A stretch of 64,000 nt of DNA from IMG/VR virus record IMGVR_UViG_3300032562_000003, positions 124,001-188,000 of that record; one strand, given 5' to 3'. The translations under genes were made by a program, and so were the position numbers. The notes beneath the pieces were generated by a model. The model saw only the letters and a program-made list of their open reading frames with translations, searched no databases and had not been told where the DNA came from. Positions 7,551 to 16,648 of the stretch are shown here, piece after piece; the stretch's first letter is position 1, and each line of letters starts with the position of its first letter.

Positions 7551-8186
7551 ATGTGTATTTATTGCGGCACTACCAAATACCGTAGAATCTACGAACAACA
7601 CAACGGACCTATTCCAAAAGAAGAGAATGATCGATCATATGAAATCCATCACATAGACGGTGATCATTCAAATAATGACCCGATAAACTTGAAGTGTGTA
7701 ACTATTCAAGAACATTATGATATTCATTATTCTCAAGGTGACTACGGTGCTTGTTTTTTACTAGGTAAAAAACAAAAAGTTTCACCTGAAAAACTATCCG
7801 ATTTGAATAGGCTACAGAACTTAACCAGAATACAGAATAATACCCACAACTTGATCAAAAGGGCAGATGGTAGTTCACATGCGTCGGACAGGGTAAAAAA
7901 CGGAACTCATCATTTCTTAGACAAAGAAGCCGCAAGTCTCAGAGGAAAAAAACGAGTAGAAAACGGAACTCATCATTTCTTGAAACAAAACAGGTCACTT
8001 GCTTTTGTAGATAAAGTTAATCAACCTGTATATAAATGGAAACACGTAAAAACTGGTGAAATAGAAATTTTAACAGCAAAAGATTTCATGATCAAACATG
8101 ATTTATCAAAGTATCAAGGGAACATAAGTTGGTTAATAAGTGGTAAACATAAATCGGTTAAAGGTTGGATAGTAATACGAGATTGA
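7551..8186 (+). mobile_element. free-standing HNH homing endonuclease, antisense to the head operon
   Basis: EIHHIDGDHSNNDPINLKCVTIQEHYDIH HNH motif; C-terminal NUMOD1-like GNISWLISGKHKSVKGW. Confidence 0.85.
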
Positions 8187-8244
8187 CGAGTTTCTCCTAT
8201 ATAAATAGGACAAACGTCTCCTTCATATTCAGGTTTTACGATAA

Positions 8245-8478
8245 CTAGATGCTAGGTGCCCCGGCCGCAGCGTCAGGTTTAGCACCATACTGTTTACGTA
8301 ACTTTTCTAGGTACTGTTGCTTCTCGAATGTTCTTACATCCAGCATTCTACGAAGCTTTCGAATCTGTCTAAGCGTCAACTTAGTCTTGCGTGACGTTCT
8401 ATACACAGGTCTGCTGTTGTCAGAATTTACATCCTGTAGACCATTGACCGGCGGACTAAAAATATCTTCTAAAAGCAT
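8245..8478 (-). CDS. small basic protein downstream of portal (possible prohead core, gp68-like position)
   Basis: 77-aa ORF with SD gaggg and its own late promoter (8495-8502); RKTKLTLRQIRKLRR. Confidence 0.65.
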   Translation of the reverse strand: MLLEDIFSPPVNGLQDVNSDNSRPVYRTSRKTKLTLRQIRKLRRMLDVRTFEKQQYLEKLRKQYGAKPDAAAGAPSI

Positions 8479-8492
8479 GACACCCTCATCAA

Positions 8493-8517
8493 TATATTTA
8501 TCATTATGATAAATATA
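8493..8517. promoter_or_regulatory. back-to-back late promoters forming an 11-bp inverted repeat
   Basis: TATATTTATCA-tta-TGATAAATATA, with GATAAATA on the minus strand (8495-8502) and the plus strand (8508-8515). Confidence 0.75.
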
Positions 8518-8577
8518 AACGTAGTTCGCGGGTCAGCAAACCCCAACTACTCTAATGCTATCTTAGGAAACATCAGC
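8508..8577 (+). promoter_or_regulatory. late promoter plus conserved two-hairpin leader, copy 2
   Basis: GATAAATA taaac GTAGTT cgc GGGT cagcaa ACCC c AACTAC tcta ATGCT atcttaggaaacatc AGC-ATG. Confidence 0.85.
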
Positions 8578-9418
8578 ATGACTATTTATCTATACAAGAA
8601 AACCCATAACATAACTGGATTAAAATACTTAGGTAAAACCGCACAATCTAATCCATATAAGTATCCAGGATCCGGAAAAATGTAGAGGTCGCATATAAAA
8701 ACACATGGGTATGATGTTACTACTGAAATATTACGAGAGTGTCACTCTAAAGAAGAGGTAGCAGAATGGGGTTATACTACTCTAAACTGTGGAATATAGT
8801 AGACGAGCGGGATAAGAATGGGAAGAAAACGTGGGCTAATCTAAAGTTTGAAGAGGGCGACGGAGGTGCAACTGTTTTTGGTGACAGCCATCATTCTAAA
8901 ACTATTGAATTTAAAAATAGAATTGATCACGCATGGACTCCCGAAAAAAGAAAAAAACAAGGTGATCTGTCTCGATCACGATTTTCGCACATGTCTACTG
9001 AAGACAAAAAACATATAAGAAAAAAAGCAATCGACACTAGAACTAAAAATAACCCAGATTGGAGGAAAGACTTATCTGATAGAATGTTAGGGAAAACAAT
9101 CCTTCAAAATCTAAAGAAGTAATAGAAAAGATAGCAGAAAGTAAATCAAACTGGAATGACTCCTTTCGAGAATATGTAATCAGTAAAAATTCTGGAATTA
9201 ATCATTACAGAAACAACCCTAATTACAAATCAACTCAATTTGGAAAGGGGCACCCTAATTATAACCCCAATGTATACTCATTTAAAAATAAAAATACACT
9301 AGAAGAAGTTAGAATGACAGTGTTTGATTTTATAAAAACATACAACCTACATCAAGGAAATGTAAGTTTATTAATGTCTGGAAAAAGAAAATCTGTACGC
9401 GGGTGGATGTTATCTTAG
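8578..9418 (+). pseudogene. decayed GIY-YIG (Seg-like) homing endonuclease
   Basis: Starts MTIYLYKKTHNITGLKYLGKT, nearly identical to 17975..18682. TAG at 8683-8685 replaces the conserved Trp. Two 1-nt losses in G runs (8768-8771, 9090-9092). The third frame ends ...GNVSLLMSGKRKSVRGWMLS*. Confidence 0.85.
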
Positions 9419-12400
9419 AAGCCGCCGCCCGGAGTTGCTCCAGGTCCGCCCATTGCTGATGGTTCTGCTGCTACATCGCCGCCTGAAACTGGCCCAGCAG
9501 TTTCCGGTGCTTCACCTTCCTGTTCGGAATTCTCAATCTGATCCGCAGTATTCATATCAGCATCAAAGTCTCCGCTGGATACACCTATGTTTCTAAGATC
9601 AGCACCCTGTGGTTCGCTAGTGACTTCTTCTCTGTTTTCTTCTTCCCAGAGCTTTTCGTTCTTCTTGATTTCTTCTTCTGAAAGACCTAAGAATCTTTCA
9701 AGGTTGAAGCGCTTTGACATGTATGGAATAGCATCCATAGCAGAGAACACTGATACTCGTGCATTATCTAACTCACTCTGACGGTAGGCTGCAAAGTTTT
9801 GCGGAGGATTAAAAGTTAGTTGGAAAAGACTAGTATCAATATTGAAGCCTCTCCAACGCAAGAATAACTTAAACTCTTCATCCAGCTTCAAGCAGATATA
9901 ATTCTGAAGTCTTTCACAGTATTGATTGAATCTAAATTCTTGAATCATCGCTGTGCCGACACGACCATCGTTCATGGGTGTAGTATTGTCGTCGGGACCA
10001 GTTGGTAAGTATGAAGACGGAACACGAAGTCCACGGGCAAGACGATTATTGAAGTACTTCAAGTCATCGATTTCACCTAGATTTTGTCCGCCCGGCAGAA
10101 CTTCAACAGATGATCCACGTCCTTCTGCTGTTACAGGGAAGAAATAGTCTTCGTTCATTGAGTTCTTTACAAATATACCAGCGTCGATAGCAAACGTATG
10201 ATAATCATGCCATTGATGACGCCCATCAATAGTTATAGTTCCAGTGTCTCTGTTACTTACCTTTTCAATCTTTACAATTCTATGGTTAAAATTGTCAATT
10301 TCTTTTACAAAATGTTTCCAATTTTTATATCCAAATTTAGAAAGAAGTCTGTCTAACTTACTGTACCCAAACTTATTAAAGTCTATTTTACATTGTGCAT
10401 TTTTATAATCCAATGGTGATGAATTAGCATTCTTAACCAAACTCAATAAGGTGCTATCATTATCACACCACTCCAGTACCTTATTTTTATTTTTATTACC
10501 TTGCTTAACCTGTTCTGCTACTCGTTGTACCATATCAAATGTCAAGATCAGTGGTTGATTTTTAATTTTAACTCTCTTTTCACAATTTGCACGAACTTTT
10601 TCCAAACCAACTGGATTACGATCAAAGTACTCTTTGCGCACTTGTTGCATACTAGATTTATATTTAGCCGCAGTTATAGGATCGTTCTTTCTAGCCCATA
10701 CAGCTTTTTGTTGCGCTGCTCTAATGTTCCAAAGACCGATTAGACGTTCTTCTTCGGTCATATTTTCCCAATTTTCTTTTAGAGTGGCCGAAGTTTTAGA
10801 CGTTATCTGCTTTCTATATTCATCTGACATCGTTTCCCAAAATTCTTTTTTCTGTGCAGCATGATATAAAACATGATCTGTTTTGTTCATGAATACTAGG
10901 TTTTTGGGTTCGTTATTAAATCTATTGTTATCTTTATGATGAATAACTGTTCTAGGTGCCATTGCGTATTCAGTTAGATAATTAAATTCTTGGTGCTTTC
11001 CTAAATTTCTAAAGAAATCCCCGACCATCCGATGAGTCCAAATCCATTTTTTACTCTCATGGTCCCATACCTGCTGGTAATCATTGGTTTTTCCGCCTGA
11101 AATATTTTTATTTTGAGTATTGAACGCAATTAGACTATCATTTTCAGTTAAATGTTGTGCTTCTACAAAGCCTTTATCAAACACAGGTATTTTATGGTCT
11201 GGTGTACAAACTAATGTTTTGCCGTTATCAAAAGTAAGTTTAATTACTTCTGTGTTTTTTCTAGTAATGCCAGCCCAATTAATTACTCCAGGTACTACTC
11301 TACCGGTTACTGGATCGCAGCTATACGCCCAATTTTCTTTTCCAGCTTCAAATTCAGTGATTATTTCTTGTAAAGACAAGGTTCTTCCATCTAAAAGTGG
11401 AATTTTAGTTTCTAAATCCAAACATAAAGGGTTATAAGAGGCGTCCACAATCGACTGTCCACCGTACGGTGAGGGAATTCTACGCTGGTGAATTTCGTTC
11501 TTTACTCGCTCAACAAATGCCATTGCTAAGTGACTTGGCATGTTACCAACATCGATCTTAAACATTCTACGTTCAGGTGCACGCTGCACACGATAGATAA
11601 GAACCGCATCTTCTAGTAGTTCTTTTTGCTTATAGACCTTAAAGATGTTTTCCAGTATAGATTGACCAAAAGGCCAAAATCTATCTAATCCTTCAGTTAA
11701 GGACAAGTGTACAATATGCTTACTGTCTACTGCTGATTCACTCTGACCTAATGTAAAACGACTTCCAGTCGTATTATATGGCATTGCCGGAACAGTGTAC
11801 GGGGTGTTAGTTCCGCCGCCACTACCACCTAAACCAGTTGCTGGGTTCGCAGCAAAGTCAGTATTGGTTTTCTGTGCTACTGATAAGTTTTGTAGATTGA
11901 TATTGATGTCTTTGATGACATACTGTTCCGGCTTCTTGCCCTCAGATTCGTTGACGATAACCTTAATGACCTTAACCATATCAACCCAGTATAGCTTAAA
12001 GTTTTCTGGGTCACGAACAAATACTTGGTCACCATACTTGACAACGTTTCTGAAAATCTTAAACATTCTCACGTCGAATTCATTTAGCTTGCACCACTGT
12101 TGTAGCTGCTTACCTAGCAATTCTACTTCACGTGGCGTAGGTTCTCCTTTGAATTCAAACGCAAACGGTGTCTTGTTATGTTCATTTCGCTGTGTAGAGA
12201 ACTCTGCTATGATGTCCAAACAAGCGTTGATTTCAGCATCAACGTCCATCATTTCGTATTGATTGTATCGTTCGATTCTGTTGGGGTGACCAGTGTAGAC
12301 TTCCGGTAGTCTACTTTGATAGTTTTTGTATCCAAATTCAGTATTGTTCCAACCACCAGTTGGCATACCGTTTTGTCCAGGCGACCCATTCCATGCTCCG

Positions 12401-12474
12401 GCATTACTGCTCGCACCAGAGATAGGACTCGAAACACCACTCTTGTTTAGAAATTTCTTCTTGTATCCAGACAT
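9415..12474 (-). CDS. gp20: portal protein (gp20-like) containing an intein
   Basis: RYNQYEMMDVDAEINACLD, LLEDAVLIYRVQRAPERRMFKIDVGNMP, EDYFFP, VEVLPGGQNLGEIDDLKYF, RGLRVPSSYL. Confidence 0.96.
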   Translation of the reverse strand: MSGYKKKFLNKSGVSSPISGASSNAGAWNGSPGQNGMPTGGWNNTEFGYKNYQSRLPEVYTGHPNRIERYNQYEMMDVDAEINACLDIIAEFSTQRNEHNKTPFAFEFKGEPTPREVELLGKQLQQWCKLNEFDVRMFKIFRNVVKYGDQVFVRDPENFKLYWVDMVKVIKVIVNESEGKKPEQYVIKDININLQNLSVAQKTNTDFAANPATGLGGSGGGTNTPYTVPAMPYNTTGSRFTLGQSESAVDSKHIVHLSLTEGLDRFWPFGQSILENIFKVYKQKELLEDAVLIYRVQRAPERRMFKIDVGNMPSHLAMAFVERVKNEIHQRRIPSPYGGQSIVDASYNPLCLDLETKIPLLDGRTLSLQEIITEFEAGKENWAYSCDPVTGRVVPGVINWAGITRKNTEVIKLTFDNGKTLVCTPDHKIPVFDKGFVEAQHLTENDSLIAFNTQNKNISGGKTNDYQQVWDHESKKWIWTHRMVGDFFRNLGKHQEFNYLTEYAMAPRTVIHHKDNNRFNNEPKNLVFMNKTDHVLYHAAQKKEFWETMSDEYRKQITSKTSATLKENWENMTEEERLIGLWNIRAAQQKAVWARKNDPITAAKYKSSMQQVRKEYFDRNPVGLEKVRANCEKRVKIKNQPLILTFDMVQRVAEQVKQGNKNKNKVLEWCDNDSTLLSLVKNANSSPLDYKNAQCKIDFNKFGYSKLDRLLSKFGYKNWKHFVKEIDNFNHRIVKIEKVSNRDTGTITIDGRHQWHDYHTFAIDAGIFVKNSMNEDYFFPVTAEGRGSSVEVLPGGQNLGEIDDLKYFNNRLARGLRVPSSYLPTGPDDNTTPMNDGRVGTAMIQEFRFNQYCERLQNYICLKLDEEFKLFLRWRGFNIDTSLFQLTFNPPQNFAAYRQSELDNARVSVFSAMDAIPYMSKRFNLERFLGLSEEEIKKNEKLWEEENREEVTSEPQGADLRNIGVSSGDFDADMNTADQIENSEQEGEAPETAGPVSGGDVAAEPSAMGGPGATPGGGF
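10162..11424 (-). mobile_element. intein (421 aa, residues 351-771) with an HNH endonuclease domain
   Basis: Begins CLDLETKIPLLDG and ends HTFAIDAGIFVKN followed by Ser. Contains block B LVCTPDHKIPV and internal HNH VIHHKDNNRFNNEPKNL...H. Removing it restores contiguous YNPL|SMNEDYFFP. Confidence 0.92.
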
Positions 12475-12497
12475 ATGAACCAGTTCTCTTAATCTAA

Positions 12498-12506
12498 TAT
12501 TTAGTG
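12498..12506 (-). promoter_or_regulatory. late promoter CACTAAATA upstream of portal
   Basis: TAAATA core; the same 9-mer occurs at 15728-15736 (+) and 15745-15753 (-). Confidence 0.65.
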
Positions 12507-15500
12507 CTATGCCATTGAATTACGTAATAACTTAGTCTGTGTACCGTGACTACTTTCAAGGACGGAGATTACTTTATCTAATTTATTTGCCATCATTCCA
12601 AACATTTCCGCTGTAATTTCTCCTGAATTACCAGAAGAATGAGGGTGTGCGGTTTTACCTTTAACTATAGTTTCTATTGCGGCCGCGTCAGTTGCAGGTG
12701 TTTTAGCTAATTTCATAAGCAAAGAATCTGGTCCTAAAGGTGCAACCAGTTCGCCGCCGTGCAATGTAGCCGGATATCCAGACAATGGCCCATCAAACAT
12801 TCCACCGTTTCTAGCTTGTAATTTTCCTTGTCTAAGTAGTGAAATATCCTCTTGCGCCCGACGCCCTACTTGTCCTGCCCACTTACTAGAAGATAATTGT
12901 GCGGCCGCGCCTTCAACATCACCAGCCGAAAGTGCAGCAGTTAAATGTGGCCACTTTTTGTACCAAGACGGGCCCATATTAAATGTCAAGTCTGTTAGCG
13001 CAGCTTGGCCTTTTTCATTTAATTTGTTGAATCCCGGAATATTGCTAGCAGCTTGTTTATGCTTGCCGAAATCCTGCTGGTAAAGTTTCATGACTTCATC
13101 CTTAGAGAACTCACGATTCCATTCAGGTGGTAAAGTACTACCGTCACCGATCAAATGACCCACCCCAATTGTCCATTTACCTAAGGAGTCTTTATATGGT
13201 TTAGTACGCACTCCTTCATGTCCTGCAATTAGATCCATTACCCAATTTCCAAATGACCCAATTGCACCTGCGGCGGCGCCACCGGCTTTTCCTAAGAAAC
13301 TTCCAGCTGCGCCCAACGCGCCGCCTGCTGCATGACCAGCTGCGCCCAACGCGCCTCCTGCTGCATGACCAGCTGCGCCCAACGCGCCTCCTGCTGCATG
13401 ACCAGCTGCGCCCAACGCGCCTCCTACTGCACCCACTGCTCCTGCCCCTAAAGCGGCGCCTGCTGCCATAGCTCCGCCGCCGCCGCCGGATGCTCCACCG
13501 CCTCGGAAGCTACCCATAGCAGTAGCGAACTTCAAGAATGCATCAGTGTTCTTGTCTGCATTAGGACCAAAATCCATCTTAGTGAACTTAAGGAATGCTT
13601 CAGTCGGGCTGTCTTGACCGAATAACTTGCTTAATCCGGAAACTGCTATATCTTTTATTGCTGTTCCCAAGCTTGGTCCGCCTTTATACTTAGACATCGC
13701 TTCCGAAAATGCTATTAATGCATCGGCGTTGGTTTTTACTTTGGCACCGTCGATAGGGAATGATTGGAAATACATTAGTTGCTTAGCAGCAATCTTTAGC
13801 GGATCTTCTTTACCTCCTCCAGTAAAGAAGTTGGCCATTCTACCCATTGCTCCAGCAACTTGTCCAGCGCCTATAGCAACGATGCCAACGCCTAATGCCG
13901 CCATACCTAAACCGGCTTTTTTAAGATTTTCGCCGTTAATGTCATTAAACGCTTTTAAACTCTTTCCCAAGCTTGGAAGCATTACGCTTATTAAGCCGCC
14001 GCCTATGGCCAAACCAGCACCGATACCGGTGATGATCGCAGCAAGAGCAACCCCTAATGCCACGCCGCCCTCCATAACCGCCGGCCCGGCCTTACCTGCT
14101 GCTGCTAGTGCTTCTACTAGACCCATAAGCATTCCGCCGCCGGCGGCTTTACTCATACCACCTACTGCCTCAGCGGCGCCGGCTGCTCCTTTCGGAGCAC
14201 CGCCTCCTAATAGACCCGCAAGTCCACCTGCTTTTCCTAATGCTGCTTTTCCTAAGTTAAATGTAACTAGCCCAAGAGCTCCTGCAAGTGCTACACCGGC
14301 TAAGGTTGCCAGAGTTAAACCATGTTGGAATGGATTCATACTATTAATTAACTCATCCATTCCAACTTTAGCTTTGATTTCTGCATTAGTTAACGCATTT
14401 CTCGCATCTTGTGCTGGATCTTCTGGTCCATTTTCAGCTACACTAGCTGGTTCATATCCAGCTAATTGGTTTGCTGTAGTGAGTGTTCCTGTATTAATAT
14501 TAGCCGCAGAAGCTAATCCTGAATTAACAGACAATGCTGTACTATTTTTAGTTGCAAAGTCTAATGTTTTATCAACCAAATCTTTTTGGAAGTCACCGGC
14601 CTCTTTAGTACCAAACGTTCCTGCGTTGACGGCTGACGCCGTTTTTGCATAATCCTGACCAGTACCTTGAAGTGCTAGAGCTTTTTGGAAAGGCCCGGAA
14701 ACAAAACCTTGTGTTATCTGTTGAGCCATGGCGGCGGCGGAGTCGGCGCCGCCTGTTCTTTGTGCAACTTGAACTGCGTTTTGCGCACTATCTATTTGCT
14801 TTTTTATAGCGTCCTTTTCAGCTTGAGTCTTTGCTGCGTCCATTTCTTTGTGTTTTTTAGCAAGAAATAGCTGGAATTGTATATTAGCCATCGACGCGGC
14901 TTGAGTTTTCTTCTCTTGTTCTACAGATTCTCCGGTAGCTGCGGACATCTCATTTAAATTTTTGATGTATGCAAGGGATGCACCTTGCAGACCACCGGTA
15001 GTCTTACTCAAATCTCGCAACGAAACACCACCTTCAGACATTAAGGTGTTGTAGTCAGCCTGAGCCTGCATTAGTTCGTCTACGCCATATCCCAATCTTT
15101 GAAATTGATTTCTAACCTTTTCGGTTACATGAACCTGTTCTGCAAACTTCTTAGTAGAATCGGCGGCTCCATTACCTAATGCATTGAAGGAATTACCCAT
15201 GCTTTGCATAGGTTTGAGCATTTTTTGAAAATCACCTGAGGCTAAACCAGCATTATTAGCCATCTTTTGAAGTTCGTTAGTGGTGAAAGTGTTAACAGCA
15301 CCTAACCTACTGATACCATCAGAAAATTTTAGTAAATTATCAGTTTGGGCGGTCGCTGCACTCACTACTTTAGTAAATGCAGCAGCTACTAAACCTGCAG
15401 CAACCCCAACGGGCCCCAAAGCTTTTCCTACTTGTATTGCGGCGGTTCCCATGCTATCTAAAGCTGATGTATATTTGTTTAACTCACCTGTACCGTTAAG

Positions 15501-15689
15501 TAATGCTTTAGCGAAGCTACCGGCAGCATCGTCTAACGATCTGAATGCTTTGTTGACGCTACCTACGCGAGTTGAAGCGTTATCAGAAGATTCGCTGAGA
15601 TTTTTTATTGCAGGAGAGGCGTCCCGGCTAATAATATCTGATAACTCTTTAAGCTGTGCGCTTAGCTCTGCTGCGATTTCTGGATCCAT
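12507..15689 (-). CDS. tape-measure-like protein with a C-terminal GH24 (T4-type) lysozyme domain
   Basis: Long Ala/Gly-rich helical protein. HEGVRTKPYKDSLGKWTIG shows the lysozyme E-x8-D-x5-T triad. Confidence 0.8.
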   Translation of the reverse strand: MDPEIAAELSAQLKELSDIISRDASPAIKNLSESSDNASTRVGSVNKAFRSLDDAAGSFAKALLNGTGELNKYTSALDSMGTAAIQVGKALGPVGVAAGLVAAAFTKVVSAATAQTDNLLKFSDGISRLGAVNTFTTNELQKMANNAGLASGDFQKMLKPMQSMGNSFNALGNGAADSTKKFAEQVHVTEKVRNQFQRLGYGVDELMQAQADYNTLMSEGGVSLRDLSKTTGGLQGASLAYIKNLNEMSAATGESVEQEKKTQAASMANIQFQLFLAKKHKEMDAAKTQAEKDAIKKQIDSAQNAVQVAQRTGGADSAAAMAQQITQGFVSGPFQKALALQGTGQDYAKTASAVNAGTFGTKEAGDFQKDLVDKTLDFATKNSTALSVNSGLASAANINTGTLTTANQLAGYEPASVAENGPEDPAQDARNALTNAEIKAKVGMDELINSMNPFQHGLTLATLAGVALAGALGLVTFNLGKAALGKAGGLAGLLGGGAPKGAAGAAEAVGGMSKAAGGGMLMGLVEALAAAGKAGPAVMEGGVALGVALAAIITGIGAGLAIGGGLISVMLPSLGKSLKAFNDINGENLKKAGLGMAALGVGIVAIGAGQVAGAMGRMANFFTGGGKEDPLKIAAKQLMYFQSFPIDGAKVKTNADALIAFSEAMSKYKGGPSLGTAIKDIAVSGLSKLFGQDSPTEAFLKFTKMDFGPNADKNTDAFLKFATAMGSFRGGGASGGGGGAMAAGAALGAGAVGAVGGALGAAGHAAGGALGAAGHAAGGALGAAGHAAGGALGAAGSFLGKAGGAAAGAIGSFGNWVMDLIAGHEGVRTKPYKDSLGKWTIGVGHLIGDGSTLPPEWNREFSKDEVMKLYQQDFGKHKQAASNIPGFNKLNEKGQAALTDLTFNMGPSWYKKWPHLTAALSAGDVEGAAAQLSSSKWAGQVGRRAQEDISLLRQGKLQARNGGMFDGPLSGYPATLHGGELVAPLGPDSLLMKLAKTPATDAAAIETIVKGKTAHPHSSGNSGEITAEMFGMMANKLDKVISVLESSHGTQTKLLRNSMA
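13303..13431. repeat. 33-bp tandem repeat (about 3.9 units) encoding AAGGALGAAGH
   Basis: Units start at 13303, 13336, 13369 and 13402 and are nearly identical at DNA level. Confidence 0.9.
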
Positions 15690-15727
15690 AGTCGATTCCG
15701 TTAAATTAAATAATTGGGTTTTTTGAC

Positions 15728-15753
15728 CACTAAATATACGTATGTATTTAGTG
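15728..15753. promoter_or_regulatory. face-to-face late promoter pair (inverted repeat)
   Basis: CACTAAATA-tacgtatg-TATTTAGTG between the divergent genes starting at 15689 and 15785. Confidence 0.7.
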
Positions 15754-15784
15754 TTAACTAAAAACCGAAAATTATGAGGAAATT

Positions 15785-16606
15785 ATGAACAATAACCCGC
15801 TAAGACAGTACTTCAGAAGACCTGCTGTTTACCTAAAACTCCCCTCAGGAACCACAAGCTACTCAGAGGACGTGATAAACATTCCAGTAACCGGCGAATT
15901 ACCAATCTATCCGATGACTGCTATTGATGAAATTACAGCCAGAACTCCGGATTCGTTGTTTAACGGTACTGCAATTGCTGAATTAATAAAAAGCTGTGTA
16001 CCTGACATCAAAGATCCATGGGCTATTAGTAGCAGTGATTTAGATGCTATCCTCATCGCAATTAAGTCTGCTTCCAACGGTGATCAATTGGACATAGATT
16101 CGATCTGTCCAAAATGTAACGAACTTTCTCCGTACGGCATCAGCTTAGTTGGTATATTGTCTACCCTTAAGGCAGGGGATTACAATAAGGAATTTGAAGT
16201 AGGTGATCTAAAAATTAAGTTTAGACCGTTGGTTTATAAAGAAATGAATGAAGCTTCTATAGCTCAGTTTGAAATGCAAAAACTGTTTGCCTCTATGGAA
16301 AATATGTCAGAAGAGGAAAAAAATAAAATAGGTGGTGATGCACTTGAACGGGTAACGTTGTTGACTATGAAATTATTAAGTTTAGGTATTGAATATATAG
16401 AAACACCAGAAATCAAGGTACAAGAAAATGAGTTTATTCTAGATTTTCTCAAGAACTGTGATCGAAATACTTTTACTTCTATTAGAGACTACGCTACAGA
16501 ACTTAAGAAAAGTTCCACACCACAGCCATTAAAGATAAAATGTGATAGCTGCGGACACGAATACGAGCAAGATTTCTCATTGAACCCTTCTGATTTTTTC
16601 GGCTAA
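15785..16606 (+). CDS. baseplate hub subunit / tail assembly chaperone (gp26-like)
   Basis: NPLRQYFRRPAVYLKLPS, IYPMTAIDEI, two CxxC motifs (CPKC, CDSC), ends SDFFG. Confidence 0.75.
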   Translation: MNNNPLRQYFRRPAVYLKLPSGTTSYSEDVINIPVTGELPIYPMTAIDEITARTPDSLFNGTAIAELIKSCVPDIKDPWAISSSDLDAILIAIKSASNGDQLDIDSICPKCNELSPYGISLVGILSTLKAGDYNKEFEVGDLKIKFRPLVYKEMNEASIAQFEMQKLFASMENMSEEEKNKIGGDALERVTLLTMKLLSLGIEYIETPEIKVQENEFILDFLKNCDRNTFTSIRDYATELKKSSTPQPLKIKCDSCGHEYEQDFSLNPSDFFG

Positions 16607-16648
16607 AGCTTCTACGCTCTAAACCCGAAGAGATTCAGAAGCTACTAG
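16594..16648 (+). promoter_or_regulatory. putative programmed -1 ribosomal frameshift signal
   Basis: In-frame heptamer T TTT TTC (16594-16600), 6-nt spacer, stem AGCTTCT (16607-13)/AGAAGCT (16637-43) with inner CTCT/AGAG. Confidence 0.7.

Noticed and set aside
8195-8210. Canonical TATAAATA at 8200-8207 as a late promoter
   Set aside because: It lies in a TCCTAT-ataa-ATAGGA hairpin between convergent genes with no plus-strand ORF downstream. It is more likely a terminator or relic, though antisense transcription cannot be excluded.
8683-8685. In-frame TAG at a conserved Trp, suggesting stop-codon reassignment
   Set aside because: TAG ends normal genes here (8245, 12507), the 6297-aa ORF reads through in the standard code, and the same gene also has two frameshifts. 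This is decay, not recoding.
9084-9100. GGGAAAAC as a programmed frameshift site in the broken GIY-YIG gene
   Set aside because: The G GGA AAA heptamer is not in the reading frame in use (GGG AAA ACA), and an upstream stop and frameshift already break the gene.
13627-14652. 341-aa plus-strand ORF opposite the tape-measure gene
   Set aside because: Shadow ORF caused by Ala/Gly/Pro codon bias on the coding strand; no SD, promoter or domain motif.
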